Of a stretch of 64,000 nucleotides of DNA, positions 63,313 through 64,000 are shown piece after piece. Every line of letters starts with the position of its first letter. The first letter of the stretch is position 1. The position numbers were made by a program, and so were the translations under genes. The notes under the pieces were generated by a model. The model was not told the origin of the DNA, did no database searches, and saw nothing but the letters and a program-made list of their open reading frames with translations. Source of the stretch: Alphaproteobacteria bacterium (GTDB lineage Bacteria > Pseudomonadota > Alphaproteobacteria > TMED109); NCBI GenBank assembly GCA_965215575.1, contig OZ244069.1:2293155-2357154 (forward strand), read 5' to 3'.

Positions 63313-64000
63313 ATGTCTCCCGAAGCCGTGCATGACCTTGCCCCGAGCGGGACTCTGCGTGCTGCCATCAATATGTCCAACTTTCTTCTGGTCACCGGCC
63401 GGACGGCAAGCGGTGATCCGGATGGCGTCTCGCCGGACATGGCGCGCGAACTGGCCCGTCGGCTCGGCGTCGGGCTCGAACTCCTGCAATACAGGACCCC
63501 GGGCGAGATTTCCGACGATGCCGGGACCGGTGTCTGGGACATTGGCAATATTGGCGCAGAACCCAAACGTGCCGAAAAGATAGATTTTACAGCCGCCTAT
63601 TGTGAGATCCAGGCGACGTACCTGGTGCCTGCCTGCTCACCGCTCGAAACCATCGAGAATGTCGATACTCCGGGAGTGCGCATCGCTGTCTCTGCCCGCA
63701 GCGCTTATGATCTGTGGCTGGAACGCAATATCGAGCACGCCGAGCTGATCCGCATCGATGGTCTCGATGCATCATTTGAACTGTTCGTGAATGAAGAGCT
63801 CGACGCGCTTGCCGGGCTGCGGCCCTGGTTGACAACCGATGTGGAGAAACTGCCAGGCGCCCGCATTCTCGATGGACAATTTACCGCGGTACAGCAGGCC
63901 ATAGGATGCACCCGTGGGCACGATGCCGGCGCTGCCTTTCTCAAGGAATTCGTCGAAGAGATGAAGGCCTCGGGCCTCGTCGCCGAGCTGATCCAGAAGC
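63313..64000 (+). CDS. Family-3 (amino-acid type) substrate-binding-domain protein, 3' end cut by window edge
   Basis: This ORF is not in the track because it has no stop inside the window. I translated it by hand: GTLRAAINMSNFLLV...GVSPDMARELARRLGV...IDFTAAYCEIQATYLV...DGQFTAVQQAIG. There is no signal peptide, and upstream in-frame ATGs (63202-63214) are possible starts. Confidence 0.55.
   Translation, partial: MSPEAVHDLAPSGTLRAAINMSNFLLVTGRTASGDPDGVSPDMARELARRLGVGLELLQYRTPGEISDDAGTGVWDIGNIGAEPKRAEKIDFTAAYCEIQATYLVPACSPLETIENVDTPGVRIAVSARSAYDLWLERNIEHAELIRIDGLDASFELFVNEELDALAGLRPWLTTDVEKLPGARILDGQFTAVQQAIGCTRGHDAGAAFLKEFVEEMKASGLVAELIQK

Noticed and set aside
1-64000. CRISPR arrays, rRNA genes, intact tRNA genes, or prophage/defence-island-type gene clusters
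   Set aside because: No regularly spaced repeat-spacer structure was seen. The only repeats are the 140-bp tandem duplication, a 20-nt direct repeat, IS inverted repeats and the diverged 65-nt pair. All ORFs above about 250 aa are accounted for by recognisable metabolic, transport or transposase families.

Overview
About 64 kb of roughly 64% GC chromosomal DNA that reads as alphaproteobacterial: a DUF1476 zeta inhibitor sits next to purB, and there is a ChoXWV choline transporter and a SoxBDAG sarcosine oxidase. The window is gene-dense and mostly catabolic. Modules in order: (1) 0-12.5 kb holds mixed enzymes (atypical SDR, crotonase, LinB/DmbA-type haloalkane dehalogenase, class II cytochrome c, NRDE protein, cupin, zeta inhibitor, purB, GGT-family protein, ThDP enzyme, pdxH, HExxH protein). 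(2) An IS5-family element lies at about 12.6-13.9 kb. (3) 13.9-21.8 kb holds MaoC, MarR and a homoprotocatechuate-type operon (hpaB-hpaE-hpaD-FAH) translationally coupled to a PaaK-like ligase. (4) 22.5-28.7 kb holds a PQQ methanol/ethanol-family dehydrogenase with cytochrome c, a SoxY-SoxZ-like fused carrier, a rhodanese and two small secreted proteins. (5) 29-44.4 kb is a choline-to-glycine island (HpcH aldolase, choXWV, betA, soxBDAG, a DmdA-like GcvT-family enzyme, dimethylglycine dehydrogenase). (6) 44.8-48 kb is a decayed stretch: a frameshifted alpha/beta hydrolase, no convincing long ORFs, and an AT-rich tRNA-Met-like 3' fragment. (7) 48.1-53.8 kb is a Dpp/Nik-type ABC transporter behind a long leader with cobalamin-riboswitch-like motifs. 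(8) An IS1380-family element lies at 54.16-55.93 kb with a CTAG target duplication. (9) 55.9-64 kb holds a LytTR regulator, DUF2141, a Tat-signal carotenoid oxygenase preceded by a perfect 140-bp tandem duplication, a BisC-type molybdoenzyme, a VOC protein and a partial family-3 binding protein. No rRNA, intact tRNA or CRISPR array was found. I did not find a large, clean, wholly uncharacterised multi-gene system. The best candidates for something undescribed are the PQQ dehydrogenase/SoxYZ-like carrier/rhodanese module, the orphan GcvT-family demethylase in the betaine island, and the riboswitch-like leader. Many long ORFs in the six-frame track are antisense artefacts of high GC, and many listed starts are upstream over-extensions. 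Starts were re-set using homology-like N-termini and Shine-Dalgarno spacing, and they remain approximate.
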